Source: Heteronotia binoei
Lineage: Eukaryota
Reading direction: 5' to 3'
DNA: 64,000 nucleotides
Assembly (NCBI RefSeq): GCF_032191835.1
Contig: NC_083228.1
Coordinates: 109,802,001-109,866,000, forward strand
This document shows, in pieces, positions 13,101 through 28,100 of the stretch (position 1 is the stretch's first letter; each line of letters starts with the position of its first letter). Under the pieces are notes generated by a model, which was not told where the DNA came from, made no database searches, and saw nothing but the letters and a program-made list of their open reading frames with translations. A program made the position numbers and the translations under genes.

Positions 13101-16100
13101 CATCATTTATGGGGTTTCCCAGAAATAACATCATGACATCACTGATGGCCATCCCCCATATCCCTACTCTCCTGGTCTTCACAGCTCTCACAGTCTCCAC
13201 TTGCACCTGCTGGAATGGCCTTGGGTTAGCTATAGCTCTGGCAGAAGTTGTCCTTGAAAGGGCAGCTGCTGTGAGAGCCCTCTCAGCCCCACTCACCTCA
13301 CAGGGTATCTGTTGTGGGGGGAGAAGATATGGGAGATTGTAAGCCGCTCTTGAGTCTGATTCAGAGAGAAGGGCGGGGTGTAAATTTGCAATTCTTTTTC
13401 AGCTGAGACTGGCAACTCTATCCTGCTCTACTGTGCCCCCCTTTCTTAACAGTGCACCCCAGAAACACAGGAAGTGTGCTATAGTGGTTAAGAGTTATAA
13501 CTCTAATCTGGAGAACCGGATTTGATTCTACATTCTTCTACCTGAAGCCAGCTGGATGACTCTGGATCACTCACAGCTCTGTCAGAGCTCTCACAGCCTC
13601 CAAAATAAGTCTAGCTCGCAACCTAGTGGTGCATAATACTAAAAGAACTAGAACTTAAGGCTGCCAGACAATCTTAGGATCATCTGACTATGCTACACAC
13701 AATGTCATATTATAATTATTATTACCTTAGAAGCAAGTTTTCCCTCTCACTCAGTGTGATCCTTCACAAACAGAGTTAGAATCCCATGGACAGGGGAGAA
13801 CTCCTTGTCATGAGTTGGTTGTCAGGGAAAAGGATAAGCATACACCACACCACTGTTTGACCAAGAGGCATAGGAACACATTCACGAACAATGAATGCAG
13901 TCAAACTGTTGACCACAAGAAGTGTTGCTATAGTGGCTGAGAGGCAAACTGTCACTTGTTTTCCTTTTTCACTCCTAGTCGAATAGATTCTTAACCTGAA
14001 TGCTAGTCAAACAGTTTCTCCAGATCTTGTACTGAAAAACTACTCTTTGTTGAATGCCAAAACAACACATTTGGTGTTACAATGAATGTTTTCCATGGCT
14101 CATTTCTTCTGTATAAATTAGCCTTATTCATTAGTTTCGTTTCCAGTGTCATAATTGTATTGTTTTGATAAGGGAACCAACAGAATGAAATTTCTTCCAT
14201 GCAGTTTTTGGCCTCATATTTGGGGTGCCGTGTTCATACCCAGCCAAGTGCCAGGATTATGCCCTAGTTATACGCTGAGCCATAGATGCTGCCCTAAGCA
14301 GCTAACATACTAGTGTAGCGGGAGAGCTACACTAGGGTCCCGCTATACTAGCTTTAGGACTGCATAGCAATTAGAGTAATTACATATAAGGATTTTCCAA
14401 ACCACTTTTTTAAAATCAGTGTGCTTTGTTAATTGCATTGGGTTTTCTCCTCCCTTACAGATAGTATCATTGCTGATCACCTCTCTCCCGATTTTCCTTC
14501 TCAAACTTTTCCAGTGTTTTATTGCAAACTACCTTTCAGGTGGTCTGAAAAAACATGGGGGGAACTAAAAATGAAATGGGACAGCACAAAAAAACAAGAA
14601 CAAAACCAGGAGAGTAGCTACTGGCAAACCACACTGTCCATAAAGGAGGAAAACCGGTGCAGTCAAGAAGGTGAGCTGCATCAACAATGTGGTATGGAGA
14701 AGCCTCATAGGCTCCAGTGTATCATGTACATACATAGTTTATAACTAATATTAATTGAATCTCACTTCAGTCCAGCAATCTATATCCTGCTTTCTACTTG
14801 TAAAAGAGGCAGAATGAAAAAACCAAGATGGAAGAAATTCCCCACCGTCCTCATTCTAAACTGGCTTGCCATTTGAGAGAAGACTACAAGCATTGCATAT
14901 GGTCAGGGCTGGCTCACCTGCTAGGCAAATTAGGCAGTTGCCTAGGGCACCGAGAGGTGGGGGGCAGCAAATTGGGCTCTCCCCCCTCAGTGCCCCAGGC
15001 AAGCGCTTAGTTTGCCTCCTTCCCCCCCGCTGCTGCTAGCCCCCTCTGGCCCACCGCCACCGCCGCCACGGTACTCTGCTTGCTCACTCCCCTCTCCCTG
15101 CTCGCCGTGACTAAAACTAAGTTCTGTTGAAGCCATAACTAAGTAGCTCTACATATTAAGTGCCATCAAGTTGCAATTGACTTATGGTGATCCCAGCAAG
15201 AAGCTTTCAGGGGAAGTGAAGAACAGAGGTGGTTTACCATGGCCTTCTTCTGCAGTCTTTGTTGAAGATCTTCCATAACCAGTGCCTGTATCTCAGACTA
15301 AAAGTAGGCTCTTTTGCCAGGCTTTTAATTAATCCAGCAGATGTCCTTTGAAAGCCATCACTTTCCCCAGCATTTCACCATTATGGTGTTATTTATGCTG
15401 TTAGCAATCAGTCACATGCTGTTTACCACCTATGTCTGTAAGATTGTTTACTGTGCTGCTCCTGTTTCATAATGTGTGTTTTTATGATATTATTTTAACT
15501 CTGTTGTTTTATTGTTGTAAGCTGCTCTGAGCCCGCTTGCGGGATAGGGTGAGATATAAATTTAAAAATTAAATTAAAATTAAATTAATTGACACCATAT
15601 GCAGGGGGGCTCTAGAGCGAATAGCGCCCTAGGCAGGCGGCCCCCCCCGCTGCGCTCTGCTCACCTGCCCCCGCCGCCGCTTGCTCACCCCCACCACCGC
15701 TGCGTTCCACTCACCCCTCCCCCGCTCTCCACAACCAAAACAAAGGCCTGCCACTTTGCAGCTCTCACGTGCGCATTTTGTTAAGAGTCTTTTAACAAAT
15801 GTTCCCATTTTAATGCTATACAATATTTAATGCTATACAACACAATATTCCCATTTTAAGGCTATACAGAATGGTGGGCAAAGCTAAGGACTCTGTGGAA
15901 CCTTGAGAGAAAGAAGCTGCGCAATCTCTGAGTTTACCTCGAAACCTTTAGAGATTTTTTCTGTGAATGTCCTGATAAAATCTGAAGAGTTACTTCTTCT
16001 GAGTTTTGTTGAGGTGTATTTGCAAACTAAGTTCTTTGAGTAGAACATGGATTTTGAAAGAGAAAAAAGAAAGAGATAAGGGTCATGCCCTTCATAACAG

Positions 16101-19100
16101 GACACAGATTTTTTGGCACTGATATCATGTCATTAATCTGTTGGATGATTGGCTGGATAAATTCTGATACATGTATCAGTGAACTGTCGGTTGATGAGAT
16201 GCCAGAATAATTTTGACTGAAACATTCCAGTTGAAACGTGTTTAATTGCAAGACTGGGTGGTGAAGGTGGGGTAATTTCTACCAACAAACTGAAAATGCT
16301 GGCCCTTTTTCATATTTCCCCCTCCCCTGGAAAATTACAGTGATTGCTTCTTTTATAGTATGCATGGAAAGAGATACGTTATTCTTCATGCACACAGTGA
16401 AAATTATTTAGATTGTTTGCAAAAAAAGGAGTTCCTTCATTCCCAAGTAATTTTCTCCTTGCTCAATTTTTTATTGAGTTCTGAGGGGGTTTTTTTCTTA
16501 TCATGTCTTCTATTACCAACATTTCAGTATTTTTGGTCACTTGTCTGACTGCTTGGCCTCCTCTGGTATTTTCAGTGTCTTCGTAATATACATAACACAT
16601 TGATTTAGAGATTGTACAGATTTGATTCAGTTTGAGTGCTTATTTTACTGACCTCGGAAGGATGGAAGGCTGAGTCAACCTTGAGCCAGCTATCTGAACC
16701 CAACTTCTGCTGGGATCGAACTCAGGTCATGAGCAGAGCTTGGACTGCAGTACTGCAGCTTTCCACTCTGCGCCACAGGGCTCTCTATAAATATGTATAC
16801 TTGTGACAAATATTGCAAAGCTCTGTAAGTCTCCAATTCTCCTTCATACAAAACTCTCTATTGCTGCTACTGGACTTCATTTCTTTGGGGAAAAGGGAAG
16901 CACATAAGATTATAAATGATTAATAATTATATGTATATGAAAGGGTTTTGATTATAGTATTTAATGTAAAAGACATTGATGAATATAGTGTATTATGCAG
17001 CTTGAGCCTTGCAAATACATAGATATGAATATCCATCATTTTCTAGGCTGCAATTGCTGAGAAGCTGGGTTTTGCCCACTACATGGACGTTATGATGATG
17101 ATTACAACGATGGATTATACACCACCAGTATCTGATGAAAAGGTTATTGTGACAGACACCACATTTAATGATGTTCCAGTTCGCTTGTATATCCCTAAAG
17201 GGAAGTCTGACTCTTTGAAAAGAGCAGTGATTTACCTTCATGGGGGTGGATGGTGTGTAGGAGGAAAAGGTAAGTCAGAGTACTTAGTTTTACTAGTGTG
17301 GGTTGTCAGAGAAGAACACATCAAGTTATTGTACTGTTATAGGTTTTGCACTGGAATAGGATCTGTAATACAATATGGCATAATACTGTCCCCGTGGTTT
17401 TAGCAACAACAACAAAAATCCAAGACTCATAACATGAACTTTTAGTGCAGGGGTGTCAAACTCATTTGTTATGAGGGCCAGATCTGATATAAATGAGACC
17501 TTGTTGGCCAGGCCCATGTCAGGCCAGGTCATGTGTATACCTATTTTAGATTGGGTAGCAGAGATATAACCTTTATAAAGGACACAAACAAAATTAAATA
17601 TATATATTTTAAAAACTCTTAAAACATAGAATCATAGAATCATGGAGTTGGAAGGGACCTCTATGGTCATCTAGTCCAACCGCCTGCACAATGCAGGAAA
17701 CTCACAAACACCTCCCCCTAAATTCACAGGATCTTCATTGCTGTCAGATGGCCATCTAGCCTCTGTTTAAAAACCTCCAAGGAAGGAGAGCCCACCACCT
17801 CCCGAGGAAGCCTGTTCCACATAGGAACCGCTCTAACCGTCAGGAAGTTCTTCCTAATGTTGAGCCGGAAACTCTTTTGATTTAATGTCGACCAATTGAT
17901 TCTGGTCCTACCTTCCGGGGCCACAGAAAACAATTCCACATGTTCCTCTATATGACAGCCCTTCAAGTACTTGAAGATGGTGATCATATCACCTCTCAGC
18001 CGCCTCCTGTCCAGGCTAAACATCCCCAGCTCGTTCAACCTTTCCTCATAGGACTTGGTCTCCAGACCCCTCACCATCTTAGTTGCCCTCTTCTGGACCC
18101 GTTCCAGCTTGTCTATATCCTTCTTAAAATGTGGTGCCCAAAACTGAACACAATACTCCAGGTGAGGTCTTACCAGAGCAGAGTAAAGCGATACCATCAC
18201 ATCACGTGATCTGGACACTATACTTCTGTTGATACAGCCCAAAATTGCATTTGCCTTTTTAGCCACCACATCACACTATTGACTCATGTTCATCGTATGA
18301 TCCACTAAGACCCCTAGATCCTTTTCGCACATACTATTGCTAAGACAAGTCTCCCCCATCCTATAACCATGCATTGGATTTTTCCTGCCTAAATGCAGAA
18401 CTTTACATTTATCCCTGTTAAAATTCATTTTATTGATTTTAGCCCAGTTTTCCAGCCTGTCAAGGTCATCCTGTTTCTGTCTTCTTCTGTGTTTGTAACC
18501 CCTCCCAATTTAGTATCATCTGCAAATTTAGTAAGCATTCCCTCTATTCCTTCATCCAAATCATTGATAAAGATGTTGAACAAAACAGGTCCCAGTTCAG
18601 ATCCTTGAAGCACTCCACTAGTCACTCCTCTCCAAGAGCATGAGGAACCATTCACAAGCATTCTTTGGGTGTGATCCGTCAACCAGTTACAGATCCACCT
18701 AACGGTAACAGGATCCAAACCACATTTTACCAACTTGTCAACAAGGATAGTATGTGGAACCTTATGAAAAGCCTTACTAAAATCAAGATAAACGATGTCT
18801 AGAGCATTCCCCTGATCCATCATGGTAGTAACTTTCTCAAAAAAAGAGATCAGCTTAGTCTGACGTGACTTGTTCTTGAGAAACCCATGCTGGCTCTTAG
18901 TAATCATATCCATTCTTTCTAAATGTTCCAGAACTGACTGTTTGATGATTTGTTCTAAAACTTTTCCAGGTATAGACGTCAAGCAGACAGGTCGGTAGTT
19001 ACCTGGATCATCTTTTTTCCCCTTCTTGAAGATGGGGACAACATTCGCCTGCCTCCAATCTTCTGGCACCTCTCCTGTTCTCCAAGAATTCTCAAAAATA

Positions 19101-22100
19101 ATAGCCAGAGGCTCAAAAATTACATCCACAAGCTCTTTTAGAATCCTTGGATTGAATTAATCTGACCCTGAGGACTTAGTTTCATTTTAAAAAATTAGGT
19201 GTTTATGTACTACCCCTATGGTGATCCTAGGTTGGAACTTCATACCCTCCTTATATGTTCTGTTTTTGCCCTGTTGAGCACCGTTTCCCTCAGAAGAGAA
19301 AACTGAGGAAAAGTAGGAATTGAGCAGTTCCGCCCTCTCTTCATTACCCGTTACAATTTCACTTTCTTGCCCTCATAATGGGCCTACCATATCCTTGCTC
19401 TTTTTCTTACTCTGAACATAAGAAAAGAACTCTTTTTTGTTGTTTTTAGCATCTTTGGCCAGCCTAAGCTCATACTGAGCTTTAGCTTTCCTAACTTTTT
19501 CTCTACAGGCGCTGGTGATTTGTTTATATTAATCCTTGGTTATAAGGCCCTCCTTCTAAGTCCTGGTTTGAAAATTTTTATTAGTTTTCCAGAAAAATGA
19601 GAGAAATGGGTAAGAGGGAAATAGAAAGTTCAAAATACAAATGTCAATGTTATAATAATCAAACCTGCATGAGAAATACTTTCTTAAAATACAATATTGT
19701 CAAATGCTGTTGTCTCTTTACACTATATCATCCACAACTAAACATATTTTAATGCTTGTAAGTCTTCATTTAAGATATCTAATTAAGCTTCCATTACCAT
19801 TATAACTGTTATTGTAATACACGTTACAGGAGATAGAAGATAAAAGTTCACACCAAAGAGTCTTAAGATTTTTGAGCATCTAGCCAGGCATATAACTTCA
19901 CCTAGTATTTTCTTGCTTCTTTCAATTTCCCAGTCAATAACTGAGATAAATAGTCCATCTCAGGCATTTCCAGTATCTTCCCAATCCAGTCCAATCTCTT
20001 GGGAATTTCCTGGAGTTTCCATCTCTGTGCCAAAAGAATTTTAGCTGCTGTAATAACATACTCCAGCAGATGTCTCATCTCTTTTGAATAATCATTAGGC
20101 TATATGTTCAATAAAAACAGTCCTGGTTTGAATTGAATCTGTGTGTCCAGAATTTTCTGTAATAGTTCATGAACCATCTTCCAGTAATCTTTCACCACCT
20201 CACAGGTCCACCACTTATGATAAAAAGACCCAACATGTTTAGTACATTTCCAACATTTGTTAGACATATTAGAGTACATTTTACAAAGCTTCTGTGGGTT
20301 TACATACCATCTATAAAACATCTTGTACAGATTTTCTTTAAAGGCTGCTGACTTGGTTAATTTAATATTAAATTTCCATAACATCTCCCATTCTTCTAAA
20401 ATAATATTACGACCCACGTTTTTAGCCCATTGTACCATACAGTCTTACAATCTCATCTTGCATCTTCATCTGTAATAAGTATGAATATAATCTGGAAATT
20501 AATTTTTCTTGGGGGCCCAAAATTTTTTTTATAAAATGGACATTGTTCCATATTAAAATCTGTTGTCTTATCTTTAGCATATCTGGATTCTGTTCTCAAC
20601 CACCAACTCATTTTAATGTCCATATCTTCTAATTCCTCCTTGGTTTTCAGTTGGTTATCATCTTTCAACAATTCTTCATATCTGTAATTTTGATTGGGTT
20701 TCATAAGATTTGGAGGTGTAAATGCTTCCACTGGTGACAGCCATCTTGGAATTTTCTGATAAATTCTTGGTTTTAACCATGACCATGTATGATATAGAGA
20801 TTTCTGAAACCAATGATGCTTGAAGTAAGAATGCCCCTCTAATCTTTGGTACCATAAATACGCATGCCAACCCAGGCTGAGATCGTGGCCCTCTAGCAAC
20901 AACTGTCTCCTATCATTCAGTAGCACCCAGTCTCTCACCCAGGACAGCACTGAAGCTCTGTAGTACAATTGCCAATCCAGAAGACCCAAGCCTGCTCTCA
21001 ATTTGGAATCTTGTAGTGTCTTTAGCTTAATTCTTGTTTTTTTTTCTTCCGCCAGATAAAATCAGAGACCATCTTGTTCAGTTCCTGAAAGAATGCATTG
21101 GTTAAAAGCACTGGTATAGTTCGAAATAGAAATAGCAGTCTTGGCAAGATGTTCATTTTTACAGAAGCTATTCTTCCCATTAAGGATAAATTCAAATCTT
21201 GCCGCTTTCCCAAGTCTTTTTTAATCTCTTTGAGCAGTTTATCATAATTGTCCATCTTTAAACTGCTACATTTGTTTGTAATATATACACCCAAATATTT
21301 AACTCTTTTCTCATAAGAAAATCCTGATTTTTGTTGCAGAAGTTGGATTTGTTCTGTCGTCATATTCTTTGTCAGGAATTTTGTTTTGTGATAGTTTATT
21401 TTTAGTCCAGCCCAGTGGCCAAACTGGTTAATCTTATTTATCAAACAGTCAATTGAGTCTGTTGGCTGCTCTAATATAAAAACCAAGTCGTCTGCAAGGC
21501 TCTCAATTTGTATTGTTTTTGTATTGCTCCCCCTTGATCAAAGCCGCCATAGTACTTGTATCTTCTCTTATTTGGTTATTCAGTATCTCTAGAAACAAGA
21601 TGAAAAGAAGTGGTGACAGTGGGCATCCTTGTCTTGTACCCTTCTGGATAGCAATTGCTTCTGTTAGTTCATAATTCACCATCACCTTTGCTTTTTGCAA
21701 GGAGTATATTGATTGTATTGTTCTCAGAAAGTTCTCACTGCATTCCATACCCTTCAATTGTTGCAACATAAATTGCCAACGCACATTGTCAAAGGCCTTC
21801 TCTTCATCTAAGCAAAATAGTGCCAATTGTTTCTCTGAATGGTTCTCATAGTATTCCAATATATTACATACTGTTCTGACATTATCTTTCAAATGTCTTC
21901 TAGGAAGAAATCCTGTCTGGTCTTGATGTATTGTAGTCTGAAGGACCTTCTTAAAACATTGTGCCAGTATTGAGGCAAAAATTTTGTAATCCACGTTTAG
22001 AAGAGAGATTGGTCGAAAGTACTTTATGTCTTTCAAGTCTGCACCCTCTTTTGGAATTAGAGATATTGTAGCTTCTTGCCACGAAGCTGGAATTTGAGCT

Positions 22101-25100
22101 TCCTCTTGAATCCTTTCAGTAAGACATTTAAATGGTAACAGCAAACATTCTTCATAGGCTTTTTAGAACTCTGCAGGTAAGCCGTCTGGACCCGGTGATT
22201 TACCATTCTTTTGAAATGCCATTGCTTCTCCCACTTCCCTTATCGTTATTGGCTCATTTAGAATTTTCCGTTGCTCTTCTAAATCTTCCTTTGGAGCTTG
22301 TTTATCTTCATATAATCTTTTGTAAAATTGTTCCACAATTCGACCTATCTCCTTTCTATGAAATTTCTCTTTATTATTTTCATCTTTCAATACAGGTATT
22401 ATTCTTTTTGCAGTCTCTTTCGTCAATCTGTAGACCCACCCCCTTCCTGGTTTGTTTGCATGCTCAAAGAAATTCTGTCTAGCAAATCTTAATTTTTTCT
22501 CCATTTCCTCTGCAAGTAGTAAGTTGAGTTGATGTATTTTTTTTACTTTATTTGGAAACTCCTGTTTTGTTGAATGTGTTTTTAAATTCTTTTCAGCGTC
22601 CCCTGCTTGCGACACTAGCTTTTGAAAATTTTCAGTTCTTTCTTTCTTTTTCTTGGCACTGAATCTAACTCCAAGTCCCCTAAAATATGCTTTGGCCGTA
22701 TCCCAGACCACTTGCATCTTGACATCTTGAGTTATATTTTGTTTGAAAAAGGATTCCATTTCTGCCTTAGTTTCTTGAAGGAAATCTTTGTCTTTTAGAA
22801 TTGAAGTATTTAACCTCCAAATTCTTCTCATTTGGGTGCCCTTGCGTTCAATCATTACAGGATTATGATCTGATATAACTCTTGGTTGAATTTGCATCTC
22901 AACTAAGTCTTTAACCAGGTCTGTGGACAGCCAACACATATCTCTCGAGTTTGGATATCTTGTTCTCCATGCGTCAGTCAACTCCAATTCTTCTGCAAGC
23001 TTCCAAAAGCTTGTTGGTAGTTGAAAACCTTTAGCTTTAGTATGCTTATGTTTTTTTTGTCCAATTGTCTGTCACAGACTGCATTAAAGTCTCCTACTAG
23101 ACAGTATCCTGCATAGTCCAAATTTACTAACCTAAGGTGTAATTCTTTAAAAAATCTTTCTTGATGTTCGTTCGGAGCATAGATGTTTGCCAATAAATTT
23201 TTTTTGCTGTCCAGCATTACTTCCACTATTAAGATTCTTCCATCTTCTGACGCATACTGTAACTGTGGATTAAATTTATCCTTGATATACATTGCCAGGC
23301 CCCTTTTCTTTTTATTTATATCTTCTCCAGGTGGGGTCTGAAGTTCTCCTGGAATTACAGTTGATTTCCAGACCACAGTAGGTTCCTGGAGGAAATAGAG
23401 CTTTCAGAGAGTAGAATGTATGGCATCACATCCTTACAGAGGCCCTTCCCTTCCCCAAAGTTCATCCTCTCCAGGCACCCACCCCAAACCTCCAGGAATC
23501 TCCCAAGCTTAAACTGACATCCTTTAGTATAAGCATTACATGGATAAGTTCCTCTTGATTTCCAGCATCACATTCAGAGCAGGACAAAATTAATTTGGTA
23601 AAAAAACCCCAAAAAACCACACACAAGTTACATGGCTGAACATAAACAGCTTTTTAAACTAGCCGTTTTTAAAGCTCGTTACAATGGACTGAGCAGTCAA
23701 TTAAATATTTGGGTATATTTTTAATTAGAAGGGTTATATTTTATTACAGTTTCTGCATTCATTAAACAAATACAGGGTGGTATTTTGGCTTGGGGAGGAT
23801 TAAATAACAATCAGAGAAATAGTAAATCCTCCAGTGGGGGAGGGACTAGGAGAAAGAATAGTGCCCAGGTCACATTGCTGGCATAGCACATGAAGTGACA
23901 TCATGCTGTGACAGTCTGGTATACTCTATGGTAAAAATGGCTTCTACCATTGAGTTTTTGCCCAAATACCAGTTTTCCAGATGTTGCTGATGTGATGATG
24001 ACCTCAGTTCCTGTGCAACAACACAGCATGGCCTGAGCCTGCCCTTTACTCTTGGTAAGCCCTCCTCCCCGCCAGACAAGGGGGTCTGGCAATCCTATAT
24101 ATAACAAATATTTTGGCTATTAGTGCATTCTGAAGTTTGGAGAATAAACAATAACAAGTGAATATGTGAATACTGCTTCCCCTAATGGTAGCAGCCAAAA
24201 TAATGAGTAGTAGTTACTGGAAAGGACAAAAAGGACTAGCAAAAAAAAGTATATGTTGAAATATTTATACCCCGCCCTATCCCACAAGGTGGGCTCAGGG
24301 TGGCTTACAACATTAAAACATTGCAGTAACAGAAAGATTCTTTCTCCTGGTTCCTCCCCCACTGGAGGATTTACTATTTCTCTGATTGTTATTTAATCCT
24401 CCCCAAGCCAAAATACCACCCTGTATTTGTTTAATGAACGCAGAAACTGTAATAAATAAAACATATCCAATTAAACACAACAAATTAAAATTATCTTATA
24501 AACATAATACATAAAATAGAGGGTCATAACTCCAACAATAATACAACCAGAAGCCACAGTTCTGCAGTTGGTATGACTTCGGCTGGTTAACACCATTTAG
24601 CACAGCTTCAGGTCATTGACACCACTCAGACCCTTGAACCAACTCAAGCACAAGGATAGTAAAGTGCTGGGGGAAGGTTTGAGAGGATGCCCGGCAAATT
24701 AAAAGTCTGCCGGAAGAACTCCATTTTATAGGCCCCGCGAAATGTAGAGAAGTCCCACATTACAGGGTAATCCAGATTAGATACACTGCAGTAATATATT
24801 TGGTTATCCCACAAACATAGTATAATTCCTCCTCAATGATTTATAAGAGTAATAATAATAATATGGCAAAGCAAGCAGAGTCTAAGATTGACTGGCAGCC
24901 AGAAGCTCTAGCTCATTAGTGTTCTGTAAACTAGGTGGCAAACTAGGCTTGTTTTTGAGGCAAGAGACACTTCAGAGGTGGTTTGCTATTGCCTCTGTGT
25001 CACAACCCTGATATCCCTTGGAAATCACTCATCCACATACCAGCCAAAGCCAACTCTGCTTAGCTTCCAAGATCTGACAAGATTGGGCTAGCCTAGGCCA

Positions 25101-28100
25101 TCCAGGTCAGGGCCCCTTTTTAAATTCCAAAACATTTGTGTACCCCCCCCCCCACTATAGTAGTTGTACCGTTAGTGTCTGTCGATTATGAAAGTACATA
25201 ATAACAAAAAGATCAAAATGATAATGCTTAGTGTGAGTATGGATTCGTTGACCCCTTGCAATAAGTCTGTGGACCCCCTGCTATCCCCAGGCTGGGAACT
25301 ACTGATTTAAAACACTGGGTTGAATGATAAGTACAGTGAACACTGCAGCATGTACAGAGCAGAATGCTTATACCTCCCCTTTTGCTGCATCTTATTCTGA
25401 AAAAGAAGCCCCTGGGAGTCAATGGATACTTGGGAGTCAATGTGGGGTTCAACAGAGGTTTGTGATGGGAAGAATTGTTTTTTAAAAAAACCCTTCCTTT
25501 GTCAGGAGAGCAGAACTATGACTTGCAGGCATGGACAAAGAATTAGGAGTCAACTAATGTGTGTCCCCTCTTTTATTCTCTGCACATATTGATATTTTAA
25601 TATGAATGTATGCTAGTTACTTTGTAAATTGTTCTTTAAGACAATGAAACCATTCAGATGGTAAAATATCCATTAATGCTTAAAAATATTATTTCTCCAA
25701 AGTATGATTAAGACGTAGTTGATGCAAGGGTATAGGGAGAGCACAGTGGGATATCACATCAATGTTCTCTGTCAAACAATGTATTAATGTTTGGCTGTAG
25801 TCTGTAAATTAAGCAGTCTGTGCAGAAACTGAATTACACTTAGGAAGCATGGAGTTGCCTAGAATCATGGAAAATTCTCAAAAGGTTACAGCCAAGAGTA
25901 ACAACAAACTCTTTTATTTCTTTTTAGAAGAGTAATAAAATGCACTCTGTCACTTATTTTGTTGCAGGCATGAAATCTTATGACTTTCTGTCAAGATGGA
26001 CTTCAGAGAAGTTGAATGCTGTCGTCGTATCAGTAGAGTAAGGGAGCATGGTTCAAACTGAATTTTTTTTTCTGTTGTGTATTTTTGTTTTTATGACTGT
26101 TATTAATAATGCTTGCTCACAAATTGGGATACTAATGAATAAGCCGCAATCCAGGGAACAGATTAATGTGTTGGAAGTCGACTAAATTTATTGTGTAAGA
26201 GCACCAAATTCTATTCTGGAATCCAACCAAAGCCAATTTATACATATATTCCCAGGACTTTTTTTTGAGCAGGAACGCACAGGAATTCAATGTTGATGTC
26301 AGGGAATGTGGCCTAATCTGCAAATAAGTTCCTGCTGGGCTTTTTCTTAAAAAAAAAAAAAAGCCCTGTATATTTCCCAACATTTCTTTCCTAGGCTTAA
26401 GGCAGGTTTACATTGAAAATGATCCTGTTACAACTCAACAAAAGGTATTAATAGCTAGCCCAAGGGAAAGGCAAGTGCACAATTGAGGAGACTGCCCCAG
26501 CTCAAGCCTCTTCTGGATTATTCATAGCCTGACTGGAGTCAGTGACTGGAGTCAGAGATGACTTCAGCCTCATAGGCAGGGTTTTTTTTTTTTTTTTTTA
26601 ACAGGAACGCAGTTTGATGTCAGGGGTGTGGCCTAAGATGCAAATTAGTTCCTGCTGGGCTTTTTCTACAAAAAAGCCCTGCTCATAGGTAAAACTATTC
26701 CATTCCCACCTGTTGCTTAGGATTGTTAAACTGATCTGTAACACCATTTTATTGACTTTATTCCCCAGTTCAGTGCTAAACCTTGGTTTGTCAGGGCAAA
26801 CCCCACCTGGCAAAAGCACAGCCATGCTGAGAGAGGCCTTATTTCATCTTTATTCTCCCATGCTTCAGCATTAGAATTCAATGTTTCTGCTAGGCTTGCC
26901 ACAGTGGGGTTCTCCCACTTTCCCAGGCTCCTTCCCACTCCCAATCAGCTGCCTGGTGGAGGGAAGCCCCGCCCCCACAGCCACCATGTGCCTTTCCACC
27001 TCCCGAGGCTTCTGACTCCGCTTGGAAAGGCTTCCTCTTGGGATGGTTGCTCAGTGTTACTTTGAAGAAGTAGGAAGTTCAGCAGCTCATGAGTAGAGAT
27101 GCCAATCCCCTGTTTCAGAGTCATCAGAAACAGGGTGGATGGGAAATGTCTGCTGGGCACTTCATTATTCCCTATATGGAGATCGATTCTCATAGGGTAT
27201 AATGGGGAATTGACCTGGGGGTATCTGGGGCTCTGGAGGGGCTGTTTTTTGAGGTAGATGCACCAAAGTTTCAGCATAGCATCTGATGACTCTCCTCAAA
27301 ATGCTCTCCTCATTTCAAAATGATTGGACCAGGGGGTCCAATTCTATGAGCCCCAAAAGAAGGTGCCCCTATCCTTCATTATTTCTAATGTAGGGAAGGC
27401 ATTTTAAAGGTGTGTGGTTCCTTTAAATGTGACAGCCAGAACTCCTTTTGGAGTTCAATTGTGCTTGTCACAACTTTACTTATCGCTCCACCTCCAATGT
27501 CTCCTGGCTCCACCCCCAAAGTCCTGAGATATTTCTTGAATTGGACTTGGCAACCCTAGTTTCTACTAGATTCAAGGGAGTACCTTTACAAAGTCCCTCT
27601 AGCCTTTTGATTATAAAAGCCTGGTTTAGGCCATTCTCTTCACCCATAGATACCTCTTGGTGCTTGCCAATTTTCTTTTGCTTTGGACCAAAAGTCACAC
27701 TGGGAACTTTCACACAGTGATGGTTTACAAGTGGATTTTGCAATTCTTACACAGTAAAAATCCATTTGCAAAGCACATTATTTAGTGTGTGAATGCACCC
27801 GTGCTCTCTGCTCCCCTAGTCATGGGACCTAACTAACAGGCTGAAGCAGGCAAATATCCTTATCTGGTATTGTGCTCTAAAAATTTCTGTGTGGCCTCTC
27901 AAAGATTAGCACCTCATTTTCATTTAAGGGGAAAGGACAGGCAGGCCATGCCTGCTGCTAGGAGACAGAAAAAGCTTGTCCACCTTTCCGAGTGACTCCC
28001 CTAATTTTCTTTGGTACACGAGATAACCAGAAGCTCTGCACAAATTGTCCAGTAGCTTCCACACAATGGAGCATTATACTCCATTCCTGAAAAAGACGAA

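Noticed and set aside
17270-17403. C-terminal part of ORF 17083..17403
   Set aside because: Read-through past the exon 2 donor; AADAC similarity stops at 17269.
23323-23376. Apparent start ([11 protein letters not shown]) of the L1 endonuclease ORF
   Set aside because: Derived from the adjacent MITE; L1 similarity begins at KKKRGLAMY.
24953-25113. 5S rRNA gene
   Set aside because: Only a diverged partial 5S head joined to a repeat body, seen four times; these are SINEs.
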